This document shows, in pieces, positions 16,653-25,847 of a stretch of DNA of 60,156 bases; positions within the stretch are counted from its first letter, which is position 1, and every line of letters starts with the position of its first letter. A program made the position numbers and the translations under genes. The notes beneath the pieces are model-generated. The model was not told the DNA's origin. It was given only the letters and a program-made list of their open reading frames with translations, and did not search any database. Source of the DNA: a virus; the IMG/VR virus record IMGVR_UViG_3300009391_000001; one strand, written 5' to 3'.

Positions 16653-17720
16653 TTATCGCCCTCCCTTCGCAATATCCTTGCGGTCTTCCGCGAAGCATGC
16701 GATTTCGGCAGCTACTCGATATCGCCCCTTCACTACCGCGAATGATGTCGACGAGTTTTTCGTGACTTCCAAGATATCACCGTTGGATACACCATTTGCG
16801 CAGCAATCGTTCTTCACACGGATAATGTCGCCTTTTCTCAATTCATTTGGCTTACGTCCCGCCTTCGTAAATAATTCGGTTGCTTCCGCTTGTGCAACGG
16901 CTTTCTCGTATTCCGCCTTTTCTGCGTCAGTTGCGTGGCGCATTTCGGAGTATAGCGTCCAGTTCGATGACGTAGGGCCCCCGATTACTTGGACGCGAGC
17001 GTCGTCGCTGCCCGTTTCAGTAAGTTTACCGATGTCGCCTACGTCATTCTCCGAGTTAATCGAATTCCCCGTAATAACTACGATGTCGCCTACGGATGGT
17101 TTCTTCGGGGGTTCGACCGTATACGCTTCGAGGTCTTGTGCGCGGAAGTAATCGACTTTCTCTCCGATTGTCACGCGGATATTGTACGGATCGTCGCCAT
17201 AATAGCCTACGGAACTCACCGATACACGTCCGACTTCTCCACCGTGAATGCGATTGAATTGACCGCTTGTAAGCGCCTTGACGCGCATTCTGTACGTGAA
17301 AACTGCGGTTAAATCCGGCTGATGCTGTGTTTCTAACGCAGATACACGCTTGTCTAGCGAAGCTACATCACTTTCCACCGCGCTCACTTTATCCGTAACC
17401 ATTTCCGCGAATGGTGCGCTGACTTTCGGCGCGGTTTGCGCGACTTTTCGGTATAACGGATTTACACTACATCCCCGCATATATCCGTCATCGATTCCGG
17501 CATCGTTAGTAAATCGCACTGGATGCGGTATTCCGTAAAAATCCTTATTCCGAATCGTAATTTCGTAATACTCGCCGGTGCTACTATTTAAGAATACGTC
17601 GCCCGTCTGCGCGTCTAGGAAGTCGTTGGCAACCTTCGTATATTCCTCGCCATCATACGCAATCTTCGTGATTTCTCCATTAGTCATGTCGATAGTTTTA
17701 ATGCCTTCTAACCTCGCCAA
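16653..17720 (-). CDS. Hypothetical protein with repeated SH3/KOW-like beta modules
   Basis: 355 aa, TTG start. Repeated GD(I/V)(I/V) motif segments. Confidence 0.6.
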   Translation of the reverse strand: MARLEGIKTIDMTNGEITKIAYDGEEYTKVANDFLDAQTGDVFLNSSTGEYYEITIRNKDFYGIPHPVRFTNDAGIDDGYMRGCSVNPLYRKVAQTAPKVSAPFAEMVTDKVSAVESDVASLDKRVSALETQHQPDLTAVFTYRMRVKALTSGQFNRIHGGEVGRVSVSSVGYYGDDPYNIRVTIGEKVDYFRAQDLEAYTVEPPKKPSVGDIVVITGNSINSENDVGDIGKLTETGSDDARVQVIGGPTSSNWTLYSEMRHATDAEKAEYEKAVAQAEATELFTKAGRKPNELRKGDIIRVKNDCCANGVSNGDILEVTKNSSTSFAVVKGRYRVAAEIACFAEDRKDIAKGGR

Positions 17721-17739
17721 ATTTATCCGCCCCGTTTCG

Positions 17740-19905
17740 TTATAATTTCGGTACTTCTTTTCCGCTTAGGAACTCGTCAAGCGTAATTGAGTCCGACCAT
17801 CTTCGCTGAATCTCGATATCCGTCCCATTATCAACGCCGTCAATTAAGAATGATTGCGTCATAACTTCGTTAAGTATCCGGAAATCTTCCTCCGTAGCTG
17901 TATCCGGCATGAGTACGAGTATTTCGTCGTGTATAGCGCCGAAGTGTTTCCAACCGCGTTGCCTTGCGACTTTATCGAGTTCGACTAGCGTTACCTTTGT
18001 CTGTATCGCCGCGAGTCCTTGAATCCGTGCGTTAGGCCCTTGACGCATCGCTCGATTACGCTTCGGATCATATCGCCTTGTATCGCCTTTAGCTTCGGGT
18101 AATCGGCGTTTACGCTGCTTATCGCCTATCCATACGAATCCGTGCTTATTCGCGAAGGCTTGCGTTTCCTTGATAAACGCGTCAATCTTCCGATATTTAT
18201 TGAAGAAGTTGATTCGGAATTTCTCTGCTTCATCCGGCGTTATTCCTAAACTTTCGGCTATCCCGTACTTACTTGCTCCGTATATCGATTGCAATAAGAC
18301 GACTTTCATTTCTTTACGGACTCGCGTATCGCTACCGTCTGCGTTCTTATAACAGTCTTCGTATGGAATCCCGTAATACTCCGCGCCTAGAACCGCATAC
18401 GGGTCTCTACCTTCGGCGAATGCGTCTATTAATATCCGCTCACCGGATTCACTCGCTATCAACCGGACTTCCTGCGCCTTAAAGTCGGCTCCTACTAGGA
18501 AGTAACCGTCCGGCGCCACGAACATCTTACGAGATTTCGGCGATTGGTTCTGTACGTTTATGAGTCCGTCCCTAGATACGGAACCCTCCGTCTTATCACT
18601 TCCGCTACTGAATCTACCTGTACGTGCGCCATTCTGATATAGCCCCGTATGAACGCGCCCTGTCTTCTCCTTTATTAACGTAGGCAATGCGGTTACATAC
18701 GTAGATAATAGCTTGTTAACTTCGCGATACTCTAGTAAATCCTTTATAATCGGAAACTCCTTTGATAACGGCTTTAACGTTTGATTGGCGTCAGTATTTT
18801 CGATAGTTTTACCGATATGCGACTCAATAGCAGGCTTTAACTGCGCCGGACTATTTATATTGATATCGCCTAATCCTCCGAATATACTTACGCTCAATTC
18901 TTCGGCTTGTTGCGTTAATTCCTTTCCGTATACCTCCGCATAATCCAAGTCGATAACGTATCCTTCTTTTTCCGTATTAACGAGAATATCCGTTATCGCC
19001 ATTTCTACCGTCGTAAAATACTCGTATACTTCCGGCATTTTCTGCATATGCAGCCGTTGGAAGTCGCGAAGCCTCAACGTAACATCGCCGTCCTTTGCTG
19101 CATATGCGACCGCTTCATCTAGCGGAATTTCGTTGAAACCACGATTTCCGAATAGCTCGCCATAAGTCGATGAATCGTCTCTTAGATACTTCGTAACTAA
19201 CGGCTTTAACGCGTATGTCATTTCGTTTTCGTTAAGCAGCTTCATAGCTTCCATCGAGTCCCAAGTTAAGCCGCGCAATGTAACGCCGTCACGGTCGAGC
19301 ATGTGTATATCGAATTTAGCGTTATGGGCGATTTTCCCAATCCGCTCATCTTCGTAAATCGGACGCAATCCCTCCGTCACATATTCATGCGGTAATTGCT
19401 CGCCTTCATCGTGTTTAGTCGGAATGTATGCGTGTATGTCCGCCTTGACTGCGCTGATTACGTGGCCGACGATATGATCCGACCATACGTCCGTACCCGT
19501 AGTTTCAACGTCGAATACGATTTCTTCCTCGCTTTCGAGTAGCTTAATGAACCGTTCGAATGCGGGTTTATCCGTTATTAATTCGTAGTTGTCCGGCATA
19601 TTATTGACCATATCGCGGAGGCGTTCCGCTTGAATCTCGGCATCAAGTACACGCCACATCCGCAAGGCTTCCGCTTTCGAGAATCGTTTATCCGGAGAAT
19701 CTCGTCCGACTTGACCCGCTTCCATTCCGCGCTTGACGGCGTGCAATCGGCGAACGTCCGGCTCCGAATTCTTCATCGCGAATATCCGCGCCCAAGCGTC
19801 CTCAATCGTTTCTATCGACGCCTTCTTCTTCGTAGCTGCCTTCGTAAGCGCGTCGCCGTTAGCGGTAGGATGTCGGATATTTAGCGTTAGTTTAACGTCG
19901 TCCAT
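17740..19905 (-). CDS. Family A DNA polymerase with 3'-5' exonuclease domain
   Basis: 721 aa. Exo motifs FDVETTG, HNAKFDIHML, YAAKDGD. Pol motifs GADFKAQEVRL, KVVLLQSIYG, AIHDEILV. Confidence 0.85.
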   Translation of the reverse strand: MDDVKLTLNIRHPTANGDALTKAATKKKASIETIEDAWARIFAMKNSEPDVRRLHAVKRGMEAGQVGRDSPDKRFSKAEALRMWRVLDAEIQAERLRDMVNNMPDNYELITDKPAFERFIKLLESEEEIVFDVETTGTDVWSDHIVGHVISAVKADIHAYIPTKHDEGEQLPHEYVTEGLRPIYEDERIGKIAHNAKFDIHMLDRDGVTLRGLTWDSMEAMKLLNENEMTYALKPLVTKYLRDDSSTYGELFGNRGFNEIPLDEAVAYAAKDGDVTLRLRDFQRLHMQKMPEVYEYFTTVEMAITDILVNTEKEGYVIDLDYAEVYGKELTQQAEELSVSIFGGLGDININSPAQLKPAIESHIGKTIENTDANQTLKPLSKEFPIIKDLLEYREVNKLLSTYVTALPTLIKEKTGRVHTGLYQNGARTGRFSSGSDKTEGSVSRDGLINVQNQSPKSRKMFVAPDGYFLVGADFKAQEVRLIASESGERILIDAFAEGRDPYAVLGAEYYGIPYEDCYKNADGSDTRVRKEMKVVLLQSIYGASKYGIAESLGITPDEAEKFRINFFNKYRKIDAFIKETQAFANKHGFVWIGDKQRKRRLPEAKGDTRRYDPKRNRAMRQGPNARIQGLAAIQTKVTLVELDKVARQRGWKHFGAIHDEILVLMPDTATEEDFRILNEVMTQSFLIDGVDNGTDIEIQRRWSDSITLDEFLSGKEVPKL

Positions 19906-19911
19906 TTATCG

Positions 19912-20085
19912 CTACACCCCCGTCACATTTAACCGGATATAAAACTCCGTTATTGCCTCGTGATTGTCATCCGCCCAATCGAGGAAACACGGCTCGTCGC
20001 AGAAGTAATGCGCTTTGCGGTCGTCGTAAGCCGCGTCCTCGGGCGTTATAGTAGCGTTGCATTGCGTACATAGTAGCGGGTTCAT
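19912..20085 (-). CDS. 57-aa Cys-rich (zinc-ribbon-like) protein (start refined)
   Basis: ATGA overlap. CTQCN...FCDEPC. Confidence 0.5.
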   Translation of the reverse strand: MNPLLCTQCNATITPEDAAYDDRKAHYFCDEPCFLDWADDNHEAITEFYIRLNVTGV

Positions 20086-20495
20086 AGCGCCGGCCCCGCA
20101 TCGTAAGAATCGATCGTCGTATATAAACGCGTCCACGTAGTTTCTGCGTTATCGATGCTGCTCCAATATTCGCTAATTTCGCGGTTAGGCGTCATGTAGA
20201 CGGCATTATCGTAAACTCCGATGAAATAATCGCAGTCGTCTTCCGTGTAGACAGCGCCGTTATTCTTCTTACCGCGGATAACGAACCAGTCGTTGCCGGA
20301 TTTATTACGTTTGAGAATCGTCTTAATCTGAATCCTGCGTATTGTTCCGTCGCCTTTACGCGTTATTGCGAGGTCAAACGGTTCGGGAACGATTGGCTCC
20401 AAAACCGTATAACCATTCGCTAGTAACGCTGTCTGCGCAATCAGCTCGGAGTGGCGACCGATCGAAGCTGTTGTCTGCGCTTGTCCGCCTATCAT
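20082..20495 (-). CDS. PD-(D/E)XK endonuclease-like protein
   Basis: 137 aa. GRHSELIAQTALLANGYTVLEP..PFDLAI..RRIQIKT (E, D, QxK). Confidence 0.5.
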   Translation of the reverse strand: MIGGQAQTTASIGRHSELIAQTALLANGYTVLEPIVPEPFDLAITRKGDGTIRRIQIKTILKRNKSGNDWFVIRGKKNNGAVYTEDDCDYFIGVYDNAVYMTPNREISEYWSSIDNAETTWTRLYTTIDSYDAGPAL

Positions 20496-21088
20496 ATTGC
20501 GATACCTTTATAGAAGTCAGAGTACGTTCGTATAATGTCGAAGTCGTTATCGTAAACGTCATAAGAACTTTCGACGCCTACCGATACTGTCTGCTGCTGA
20601 ACGTGATGACTTGGAACTACGAATGTTCGCTTAGGCGATTTTTCCGAACCATTTGCGACCATGATGTATATATCGCATGTAGGTTTATTTTTGACGAGAT
20701 TGAACGTGTGGACGCGTGATTCCTTTATAAAATATTCATTCGCCATTTTCACGTCAATCTTAACTGCCCCGTCTATTAGTAAGTCGTAAGGATGTCGTGT
20801 AGTCATATGTTCAACGATATATCCTTTATTTCGAAGTAATTCCGCGACTTCAAATTCCGCTTCTTGTCCGTCGTTCGTGTGACTTTCTTTTAGATCAACA
20901 CCTAGCTTTCCTGCCCATCCGCGATATGTCCCAAACCTGCTTATGCGGCTGTGGAGGTCATTCCTACCAACACTTTTAAGTTCATCCGCAGTAGGCATCC
21001 TCGAAAGACTTAGGGAGTGCATTACTTCCTTTAATCCCTGTTCAACTTTTTCATCCGTCCATTGAGTTCGTTTTAATTTCGAAGTCAT
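20492..21088 (-). CDS. Homing-endonuclease-like protein: HNH-associated-repeat-like N-terminus plus PD-(D/E)XK domain
   Basis: 198 aa. WTDEKVEQGLKEV...PTADELK...FGTYRGWAGKLG, then GQEAEFEVAELLRNKGYIV..PYDLLI..KIDVK. Confidence 0.45.
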   Translation of the reverse strand: MTSKLKRTQWTDEKVEQGLKEVMHSLSLSRMPTADELKSVGRNDLHSRISRFGTYRGWAGKLGVDLKESHTNDGQEAEFEVAELLRNKGYIVEHMTTRHPYDLLIDGAVKIDVKMANEYFIKESRVHTFNLVKNKPTCDIYIMVANGSEKSPKRTFVVPSHHVQQQTVSVGVESSYDVYDNDFDIIRTYSDFYKGIAI

Positions 21089-21112
21089 TACGTTCCCCCT
21101 TTCTTTGCCATC

Positions 21113-21868
21113 TTAAAACGGTAAGTCTGATTCTGCTACTTGCGTATTATCGACGGGATTTCCTTCCGACCCTCCCGCTGCTGGGCGTTCGAGACCGATT
21201 AACGAGATATCGAAGCCAGCCGTAATTAGGTTCGTAATCTGCTCCGCTTCGTCCGCTTCAAACAGTAAGCCTTCGAATAGTTTCATATCGAACGATTCCG
21301 GTGCTTTACCGAGGTTAGCGCGTTGTGCATCCGTCAAGTCTTCTTCCGGGTACATAATCGGCGTAAGGCTTACCGTCGTTGAAGTTCCGCTTCCTTGCTT
21401 CGACAATTCGAACGACATATCGGCTAGTCGCTTTTCATTACGCTTGATAACAGCGTGAATTGCCTGCGCTTGGTTCTTCGATACGTCGACGATAATCGGT
21501 TCTCCCGAAGTTAAGTCGAAGAATCCCATTGCGAACCGTTGACTTGCGCGGTATTTCGACGCCTCTTGTCCGTGATGATCGTTGAACTCCTTCGATAAAT
21601 CCTTGTGATATTTCCACGCCTTATCCCATACGGTGAGATTATCGACTGGATATCCGTTAGCCGATTTCTTTGACGGCTCTTTGGCTACGAAGCTATTGAC
21701 GACTTTAAACACGCCGTAACTAAAGAACGTGATTAAATCCGCCGAGCCTAGTACCTTTACCGCTAATGTAGTTCCCGTCTTGAACGACGTAAATTCCATT
21801 CCGCTACCGCTTTCGTTAGTTGCGTTCAATGCGTTGAGCGCGTCTGCGCCCGATTGATATTGCGTCAC
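21113..21868 (-). CDS. Putative ssDNA-binding protein (start refined to GTG 21868)
   Basis: C-terminal acidic tip ESDLPF typical of SSB tails. AGGGGA SD 7 nt before the GTG. The upstream track extension is Arg-rich and looks non-coding. Confidence 0.45.
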   Translation of the reverse strand: MTQYQSGADALNALNATNESGSGMEFTSFKTGTTLAVKVLGSADLITFFSYGVFKVVNSFVAKEPSKKSANGYPVDNLTVWDKAWKYHKDLSKEFNDHHGQEASKYRASQRFAMGFFDLTSGEPIIVDVSKNQAQAIHAVIKRNEKRLADMSFELSKQGSGTSTTVSLTPIMYPEEDLTDAQRANLGKAPESFDMKLFEGLLFEADEAEQITNLITAGFDISLIGLERPAAGGSEGNPVDNTQVAESDLPF

Positions 21869-22131
21869 ATTACCGTCCCCTTTTAGTTGTTTATTTTCAA
21901 GCGTTGGATTACGGCGAAAGTTGCGCTCGATTCGGTCAGCCCTGTTAGTTTGGTCACGGGGAAAACTTCGTCGTCTTTCGCCTTGAATACGCTGTACATG
22001 CGGATACTTCCGTGAACCGCTTGGTTCGCCTGTTTCCGCGTGCGTCATCACCGCCACGTATTCTCGTTCCGAACGCCCGCAAACGTGCTTACCGTAGTAA
22101 ATCCGTTTGCCGACGTTCAGCCGGCTTTTTA

Positions 22132-22740
22132 TTAAATAGCTGTCGATTCTAATTCGTCAACTGTTCTCGGATTATCGTGACACCTTTGAACGTAATCTTC
22201 GTAATCTTTCGTTGACATATCGTTTAAGTCCGCCAGGTATTCGATTAATTCGTCAAATTTCCGTTGTTCTAATTCTAAAAGGTCACGATTGTCTCTGAAC
22301 CAATCAAATATGTTTCGGTTGCCCTTCGACTCATTTAAATCCGCTCTTAAAGGGATAATATTTTCCTTCTCTGCTCCTACCAATCCTAATGAAACCGGTA
22401 TAACATGATCTATATGAAAGTCCTTACTTCCTGTTAAAACACACCTATTCCCGTGTCGGAGTAATACGCTCAACACTTCCTCCTCGGAGATGGAGGAGAT
22501 TATACCCCTACTTTTATCCCTATTCTTCAATCGCGAGGCAATGCGACTAAACCTCGAACAACTTCTACAAATACTTCTTCTGTTAGCGAACCCTAATATT
22601 TTAGTAGCGTAGTCATCTAATGCCTTCATTTCCGAACATTTAAAGCAACTTTTAGCTATGACCTCGGCAGATTTATTCTTTAAGTACCTAGCCCCACCTT
22701 TATTTAACCCCTCGGTAAAGCCTGCTATATCTGTATTCAC
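22132..22740 (-). CDS. HNH endonuclease
   Basis: 202 aa. HIDHVIPVS...NIIPLRADLNESKGN. A+T-rich relative to its neighbours. Confidence 0.75.
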   Translation of the reverse strand: MNTDIAGFTEGLNKGGARYLKNKSAEVIAKSCFKCSEMKALDDYATKILGFANRRSICRSCSRFSRIASRLKNRDKSRGIISSISEEEVLSVLLRHGNRCVLTGSKDFHIDHVIPVSLGLVGAEKENIIPLRADLNESKGNRNIFDWFRDNRDLLELEQRKFDELIEYLADLNDMSTKDYEDYVQRCHDNPRTVDELESTAI

Positions 22741-23327
22741 ACGCCCACCTCCGTTCCCACAAACTCGCTAACCGTCGATTTCATCGCCCGAAACTGCGCT
22801 TCCAACTCGCCTTTCACGTCGTCCATACGGACAGCTTCCGCATGTAAATCGTCAATCTTGCGCTGTATATGTCCTTGCGTAACAGGCGACCTTGCCCGCG
22901 CCTTATTTAACGTAAGCTGTGCGATGTCAACTCCGATGACTGCGATTTCTTCCGTAATCCTTCGATACTCGCGGACAAATTGACGACGCGCCTTCGATAG
23001 TTCGCGTTTGACCGTCGATTGGAATGCGTTTAGGAATACGTTGTCTGACGAATACGTCTTGGCGACGCTTCCTTCGATTTCCTTCCGTTTCTCCGCGGAT
23101 GGAAGTACGGTAATAATCCGGTCAACTTTCGGGTCTAGCGCGATCATCGAATCATACTCGTCGTTCTGATAAATCCGCTTGCCGTCCGGTTGCTTCATAA
23201 TATAGTGAGCGTCCGCCATAATTTCGTTAGCGAAGTCGATTGCGTTTACCTCCTTGATTCCGTAATATTCGCGGAAACGTTCGATAGCGTGGACAGTCGG
23301 CGTATATTGCGCTGTTTTAGTAGTCAT
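22737..23327 (-). CDS. Hypothetical protein
   Basis: 196 aa, coiled-coil C-terminal half. Confidence 0.65.
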   Translation of the reverse strand: MTTKTAQYTPTVHAIERFREYYGIKEVNAIDFANEIMADAHYIMKQPDGKRIYQNDEYDSMIALDPKVDRIITVLPSAEKRKEIEGSVAKTYSSDNVFLNAFQSTVKRELSKARRQFVREYRRITEEIAVIGVDIAQLTLNKARARSPVTQGHIQRKIDDLHAEAVRMDDVKGELEAQFRAMKSTVSEFVGTEVGV

Positions 23328-23333
23328 CGCCAG

Positions 23334-23510
23334 TCACCCGACCCTTCTAATGCGGATGCTACGTTGTACGTCCGCCATATCTACGTCGGATTCGAATCCA
23401 CCGTTATAGTCGTATTCCGCTTGGTAGCGGTCAAGTAGCGCGTCTTGCGGGATAAAGTCGAGCGTTGTACTTGCGTTTGATTGCGTGAAAAATGCGTCGT
23501 TATAAGTCAT
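23334..23510 (-). CDS. 58-aa hypothetical protein (not in the ORF track)
   Basis: GGAGG lies 8 nt before the ATG. MTYNDAFFTQSNASTTLDF... Confidence 0.5.
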   Translation of the reverse strand: MTYNDAFFTQSNASTTLDFIPQDALLDRYQAEYDYNGGFESDVDMADVQRSIRIRRVG

Positions 23511-23616
23511 GTCGTTTACCTCCGATTAGTTTTTTAGTTATACGTATATATTGCGAATGAATTGCGTATACTGCTATTAGACGGATAAGCACCGCCGTTA
23601 AATACGTAGATGATTG

Positions 23617-23646
23617 TTGCGTTATATGGTATTAGCGTGTTATAAT
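23617..23646 (+). promoter_or_regulatory. Possible plus-strand promoter TTGCGT-18 nt-(TGt)TATAAT, antisense to the sigma-like gene
   Basis: Extended -10 TGTTATAAT at 23638-23646. -35 at 23617-23622. Confidence 0.3.
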
Positions 23647-23655
23647 GAATAACTG

Positions 23656-23677
23656 AAGGCGCAGTTAATTACGCCTT
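23656..23677. terminator. Hairpin AAGGCG-N10-CGCCTT after the sigma-like gene
   Basis: 6-bp G+C stem with T-rich flanks on both strands. Confidence 0.4.
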
Positions 23678-23683
23678 TACAAA

Positions 23684-24226
23684 TTAAATAGCTTGCGCGG
23701 ATAATTCCGTGCGACAAGTTTTACGAAATCGCTTGATGTAGCTTAGATGTCCCGAAGGTTGTCCCGTAAGTACTTCCGCCAAGAAGTGGGAAATTTCGGT
23801 GTCGTCTGTGTAACCATCAGCCCATGCGTTCAGTATCATCTCTTTACGACGATCATTCTGCGCCAACAGATTGATCGTCTCTTTTATTTCTAGTTCAGCC
23901 GATGCGACGTTCGCCAAAACGTCTTCCGGATCGTATTCGATTGCTTGTCCTTCGTCATCTATAGTGGATAAGTCTGCAATGTGTTCCGCGTACTCTCTTC
24001 GGTTCCGCTTTAAAGCATCATTAACTTCTCTGTGTATTAGCTTCAATATATACCGCTTGTGGTTTTTATTGTTTTCATTTAGCGCTAAATACTTTCCTAC
24101 CCGCAAGAAGGCTCTCCGCTCCACGTTTCCAGTGTTTGTCACCTTGTGTGAAATGGTGCTAACGGTGCGATAAATACTTTCCATAACCCAATCATTTTGA
24201 TAACTATGAATTTCGTAAACTCTCAT
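23684..24226 (-). CDS. Sigma-factor-like transcription regulator
   Basis: 180 aa. C-terminal region-4-like NDRRKEMILNAWADGYTDDTEISHFLAEV. A+T-rich. First gene after the operator-controlled promoter. Confidence 0.4.
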   Translation of the reverse strand: MRVYEIHSYQNDWVMESIYRTVSTISHKVTNTGNVERRAFLRVGKYLALNENNKNHKRYILKLIHREVNDALKRNRREYAEHIADLSTIDDEGQAIEYDPEDVLANVASAELEIKETINLLAQNDRRKEMILNAWADGYTDDTEISHFLAEVLTGQPSGHLSYIKRFRKTCRTELSAQAI

Positions 24227-24323
24227 TATCTCTCCTCCTACTATATATACCCCTTAGAATTACTAAGTCGGACCACAAAGATTAAATTCTTTTTAAAATG
24301 TTTGTCCAACTGGTATACTTATT

Positions 24324-24354
24324 ACTATATAGATAGAGTTTGAGAATGTCAAAC
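24324..24354 (-). promoter_or_regulatory. Promoter TTGACA-17 nt-TATAGT (minus strand) with operator GTTTGAgaatgTCAAAC over the -35
   Basis: -35 at 24347-24352, -10 at 24324-24329, operator at 24338-24354. A/T-rich UP-like tract upstream. Confidence 0.7.
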
Positions 24355-24388
24355 CTTTTTTCAGATTATTTTTAAAAGGAGGTTCTAA

Positions 24389-24589
24389 ATGTATAACTAT
24401 CGACCATTACGCAATTATCTCGACACTCACGGATCATCCGTCAAGGCGCTAATGCGCGAAGTCGGATTCTCGACTAACGTAGCCGTGGCACTTAATAACG
24501 ATAAGCCGGTCACAATCGAAGTCCTCGCGAACATCTGTCGCCACCTCAACGTGCCCATTGAACAAGTCGTTAATATCGTACTAGACTAA
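24389..24589 (+). CDS. XRE/Cro-type HTH regulator (opposite strand)
   Basis: 66 aa. VKALMREVGFSTNVAVALNNDKPVTIEVLANICRHLNV. AAGGAGG SD. Followed by a terminator. Confidence 0.7.
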   Translation: MYNYRPLRNYLDTHGSSVKALMREVGFSTNVAVALNNDKPVTIEVLANICRHLNVPIEQVVNIVLD

Positions 24590-24614
24590 GGCGTCGTAAC
24601 CGGCGTCTTTTCTT
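24590..24614 (+). terminator. Rho-independent terminator for the XRE gene
   Basis: GGCGTCG-TAAC-CGGCGTC (with G-U pairs) followed by TTTTCTT. Confidence 0.55.
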
Positions 24615-24647
24615 GTTATCGATGTACGAACGTTTATTCGTTATTCC

Positions 24648-25655
24648 TTATATTACCGTAATGTTACAGAATTGTAAACTACTTTCTCGCAATTCCGACA
24701 CGGAAGATTCTTCCAATCGGCGCAGTCCCTCGATTCCATACGCTTTCAGTACGTCATTCGCGTCTTTGTACCTACCGTAATTTACGCGATAAATATCGAC
24801 ATATCCGCCTAGCCTTCGTAATAATTCAGAATTCAGTCGTTCGCCCGCTGCGTCGTTATCAGCGCCTAATAGTAATCTACGGATGCTACTTCGCTTAATC
24901 GCGTCTATTTGCGCATTACTTATCGAAGCGCCTCCGCAAGCAATCGCCGGTACGCCCGCAGTCGCCCACGATAGCGCATCGATTTCACCCTCGCAGATAA
25001 CCGCTAGTTCCGTTCTCGCTTCGTTAATTACGTTTAATCCGTATACTAGCGATCGGATCGGCGTAGCGTCTTTCTCGTAAAAGAACGCCTTCCCTCGCGT
25101 TGCGCGGTATTTAACGTTCGCCATCCGTCCATCAGCCGTAAACCACGGTATCGCCGTGAATCCCGTATGCGCTTCGTTATAGCCGACGCCGTACAGCCGT
25201 TGTATCTCCGCACTAATACCGCGTCTAGTTAAATACGGACTAACTGCCGACGTAACCGTTTCGGGCGATATTTCAACGTGTTTTATGCGCCTAGTCAAGC
25301 GTATCTCCGGTAAGCGTATATCCTCGGTGTCCGTGTAAAGCCGTCCGTATTCCGCGAGTAGATATTCCGCCGTTTCTTCTTCGCCTTCACCGCGTAAGTA
25401 CGCCAGCAACTTAACGAAGCCTCCCGATTGATATTCGTCGTCTACTGCGCCGGAATCTCCGAACACGCCTGCGTAATCTCCTTCAAGATTAACGAAGAAT
25501 GACGGCGTATTATCGTCGCGAAACGGTGAGGCTGCGATAAGTTTATCCGTCGACCACCGCGCGTTATAGCCCCAATCGTAGACTTCGAGTTCGGCCGTGA
25601 TGTCTACGTCGACTTCGTGGGATTGCGTACTATCTCTTATGCGGATTATCGGCAT
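24648..25655 (-). CDS. DNA primase (TOPRIM domain)
   Basis: 335 aa. Motifs VICEGEIDALS and LGADNDAAGERL. Confidence 0.75.
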   Translation of the reverse strand: MPIIRIRDSTQSHEVDVDITAELEVYDWGYNARWSTDKLIAASPFRDDNTPSFFVNLEGDYAGVFGDSGAVDDEYQSGGFVKLLAYLRGEGEEETAEYLLAEYGRLYTDTEDIRLPEIRLTRRIKHVEISPETVTSAVSPYLTRRGISAEIQRLYGVGYNEAHTGFTAIPWFTADGRMANVKYRATRGKAFFYEKDATPIRSLVYGLNVINEARTELAVICEGEIDALSWATAGVPAIACGGASISNAQIDAIKRSSIRRLLLGADNDAAGERLNSELLRRLGGYVDIYRVNYGRYKDANDVLKAYGIEGLRRLEESSVSELRESSLQFCNITVI

Positions 25656-25658
25656 ACG

Positions 25659-25832
25659 TTATTCCTCCTCGTCGATTTCCATAAGGAAGTCCATTAATTC
25701 CGATACTTCTTCGTAATACATTGATACGCTTCCAGTATCTTCACCTTCAAGATACTGCGTTAATTCAACTACTCCCCCGCTTGCGTTAGCTACTATTTTA
25801 CTATTTTCGTTATCATAAATTACCTTCTTCAT
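25659..25832 (-). CDS. 57-aa acidic hypothetical protein (not in the ORF track)
   Basis: GGAGGA SD. MKKVIYDNENSKIVANASGG...MEIDEEE. Confidence 0.5.
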   Translation of the reverse strand: MKKVIYDNENSKIVANASGGVVELTQYLEGEDTGSVSMYYEEVSELMDFLMEIDEEE

Positions 25833-25847
25833 TCGACATTCCTCCTT

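Noticed and set aside
24236-24297. A sigma-B-type promoter, because both conserved blocks contain GGGTAT
   Set aside because: No GTTTAA-like -35 lies at the required 12-15-nt distance; the GTTTAA/TTTAAA sequence lies about 40 nt upstream. The match is therefore to the -10 only.
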